Positions 61,881-64,000 of a stretch of 64,000 nucleotides of DNA are shown here, piece by piece. The DNA is taken from assembly GCF_964355755.1 (NCBI RefSeq), contig NC_092676.1, positions 6,239,888-6,303,887 on the forward strand. Reading direction: 5' to 3'. Position 1 is the first letter of the stretch, and each line of letters starts with the position of its first letter. The notes beneath the pieces are model-generated. The model ran no database searches. It had not been told where the DNA came from and saw nothing but the letters and a program-made list of their open reading frames with translations. This DNA comes from Antedon mediterranea (lineage: Eukaryota; Animalia; Echinodermata). A program made the position numbers and the translations under genes.

Positions 61881-63184
61881 GTTTAATGTTAATGCATTGT
61901 ATTATTGCTCTTATTAATATATATGGTGTAACTTCATGTTGTTTTTTAAAGACCGAAATTTGGCCTCCCAAAATGTTATTCTTAACAATTTACCCTTTCC
62001 ACCCATTAGGCGGAGGAGCCCCGGTTAGCGGTTAACTCTTGACAGCCCAACTAATGTGTTTTCCCAAGGACAATTTATAAATAACTAAACTTTGTCACCA
62101 CCCATAAGTGTGTCTGTTCAATTCCCATTGACCAATGAACACCAATGTAACTGGACCTGAGTTTCTTGCTATTCGACCTTGGGTGTGCAAATTACACAAT
62201 TCATTGATGTAAGGTCTTTTTAGACGGTGGGGCATAGACCTTGAAAGAGGCCTAGAAAGTGGATTTTGTGATCTCCTCCTAAGGATTGGGATGGATGATA
62301 TTTTTTTTTATGTATAGTTGATATGTATCTAATTAATAATTCAGTTGATCCCGCTTCCAAAACATACGCATTAAGTGACGTTTTAGCTGCAAAAAAAATC
62401 GTATTTTGTACATAACGAAATACATAAGAAATAGCGCCCTCTGTTGACGTAAATTGCAATTTTAATTGCAAGTTGCTGTATCAGCAGATGGACTGTATAG
62501 CGTTTTTTTGCTGAACAATGTTAATACTAAATGATTCCAATATAAAAATTGACTGCCAGCTTAATCAATATCAACTTCATCAATTGATAAAAACGGTAGC
62601 CAATACATTTGCCCTGTACAATTATTAATAAATAAGGCTAATGAACAAGGCTTTTATGTTGGTTTGTCCCAATTTTATTTCTAAAATCTTTTTTAATATT
62701 AATGCAGTAGACAAACAGTATTTACACTGACATGCAATCAACATGAATTATTTCAATTTTTCTACAATGTTTCATAGATGATTTTTCTTTCTTTTTTTAC
62801 AATTACACAAGTATTAAAAACGATAAACAATTTTACAATGTTTTTTTGGATAGTCTACCAATATTTTTTTTTTTCAAAAAGACTAACTTATAAAACAATG
62901 TGATCTATATATTTGTATTCAGCCTCATACAGTACACTATATTTACTGTAAACAATGTTACAATAGTTTCACAATATAATGTTACTAAATTAGTAATGCC
63001 AGAAAATCCATTAAATAATTTCAGAGATATACCTGGAATTTGTTGCAAATAAAGAGAATAATAAAGAGCGGCACGTTGAAAAGAAAATGTTAATCCTACT
63101 ACTTCAACCAAACACACGAAAAGATATACCACGTTACTCATCAGCTATAGTGCAAACCCTGCGTCCAGTCGATTGCACGAGAGA

Positions 63185-63670
63185 ATGGAAATTCCTGAAT
63201 GTTGTGTTTGTTTACAGAGCCTTAACAATGTCACTCAGCTATGGAAATGTAATCGATGCAATTACATCTGCCATACTACCTGCTTAAATTTATGCGACAC
63301 ATCGCAAACATGCTCACATTGTGGGTTTGTTATGACTGAAAACTCTCGAATACATCGGGAATGCCAAATTTGTGATGATCCCCTTAGGCAACAATGGACA
63401 TGTAATACATGCCGCCGCATCTTTCATACTGCCTGCATTGCGGAATGGTGTGAGGAATCGCAAACATGCCCACTTTGTAGGTGCGGTATCGAAACTACCA
63501 TCCCCCAACTGTGGGAATGTGATGGATGTGAGTCAATCTTCCATACAGCCTGCATTGAGAACAGGTGCAATGCGTCACAAAGATGCCCAATATGCATCGA
63601 AAGAAATCATGAACGCTTGTTAGCGGAATCTGACAAAAGTTGGATCAGAACATTCGATTTCTATACCTAA
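63185..63670 (+). CDS. Intronless small protein with tandem C4HC3 (NF-X1-like) RING/PHD fingers, putative E3 ligase
   Basis: Repeats of CxxC...WxCxxCxxxxHxxC...CxxC: two complete, and a third lacking the first CxxC. Confidence 0.7.
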   Translation: MEIPECCVCLQSLNNVTQLWKCNRCNYICHTTCLNLCDTSQTCSHCGFVMTENSRIHRECQICDDPLRQQWTCNTCRRIFHTACIAEWCEESQTCPLCRCGIETTIPQLWECDGCESIFHTACIENRCNASQRCPICIERNHERLLAESDKSWIRTFDFYT

Positions 63671-64000
63671 ACATTTAGGTGAAATATTATGTATATAATT
63701 TCTGTCTTTGTGTATTATTTATAATAGTGGCTGTATCAATATGACATGCATAATGGTAAAACAGGGCGTACAGGCTAGGAAGGCAAACAAATGTCATTAT
63801 CCTGAAAAATATTTGGTTGTAATTCCCTTTAATATTTAGTTATTAGACTTTATATGGAAGAATTTCATTCACTTCAGTTTATTAATTTATTAAATTATTA
63901 TCATTAATTAACCATGCAGTTACTACAGTGACTACTGTACCTTCCGTTTACTCTTTACTTTTAACCTGCTATTTAGGTTTGAGGTTGGCGGTAAACATAC

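Overview
AT-rich, intron-rich animal genomic DNA. It is probably from a marine invertebrate deuterostome such as an echinoderm; this is inferred from the Deu-domain SINEs, a HYR-like exon and the protein sequences. Hand-spliced host genes, in order: a DUF1647-family type II membrane protein (+), a GT92 glycosyltransferase with a single-exon CDS (-), CPOX (-, 14 coding exons), Notum (-, 13 coding exons), HGD (-, 12-13 coding exons), a decayed HYR-like multi-exon locus (+) and an intronless tandem-RING ORF (+). Introns and intergenic DNA hold three decayed LINEs, DeuSINEs, HINE/DINE-1-like elements, several MITE families, a TTAA-flanked Kolobok-like element inside a 67-bp satellite, MULE/foldback elements and tandem repeats. 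The most striking unexplained layer is a dense record of apparent DNA-transposon excision scars. These include P-element-like CATGGAG...CTCCATG remnants with 7-bp TSDs (three are exactly 34 bp = 17+17), one such scar enclosing a ~450-bp copy of nearby DNA with a whole symmetric exon, and roughly 35 TAGGCCTA motifs clustered near 5' gene ends. All gene models and counts were made by eye, so boundaries may be off by a few bases.
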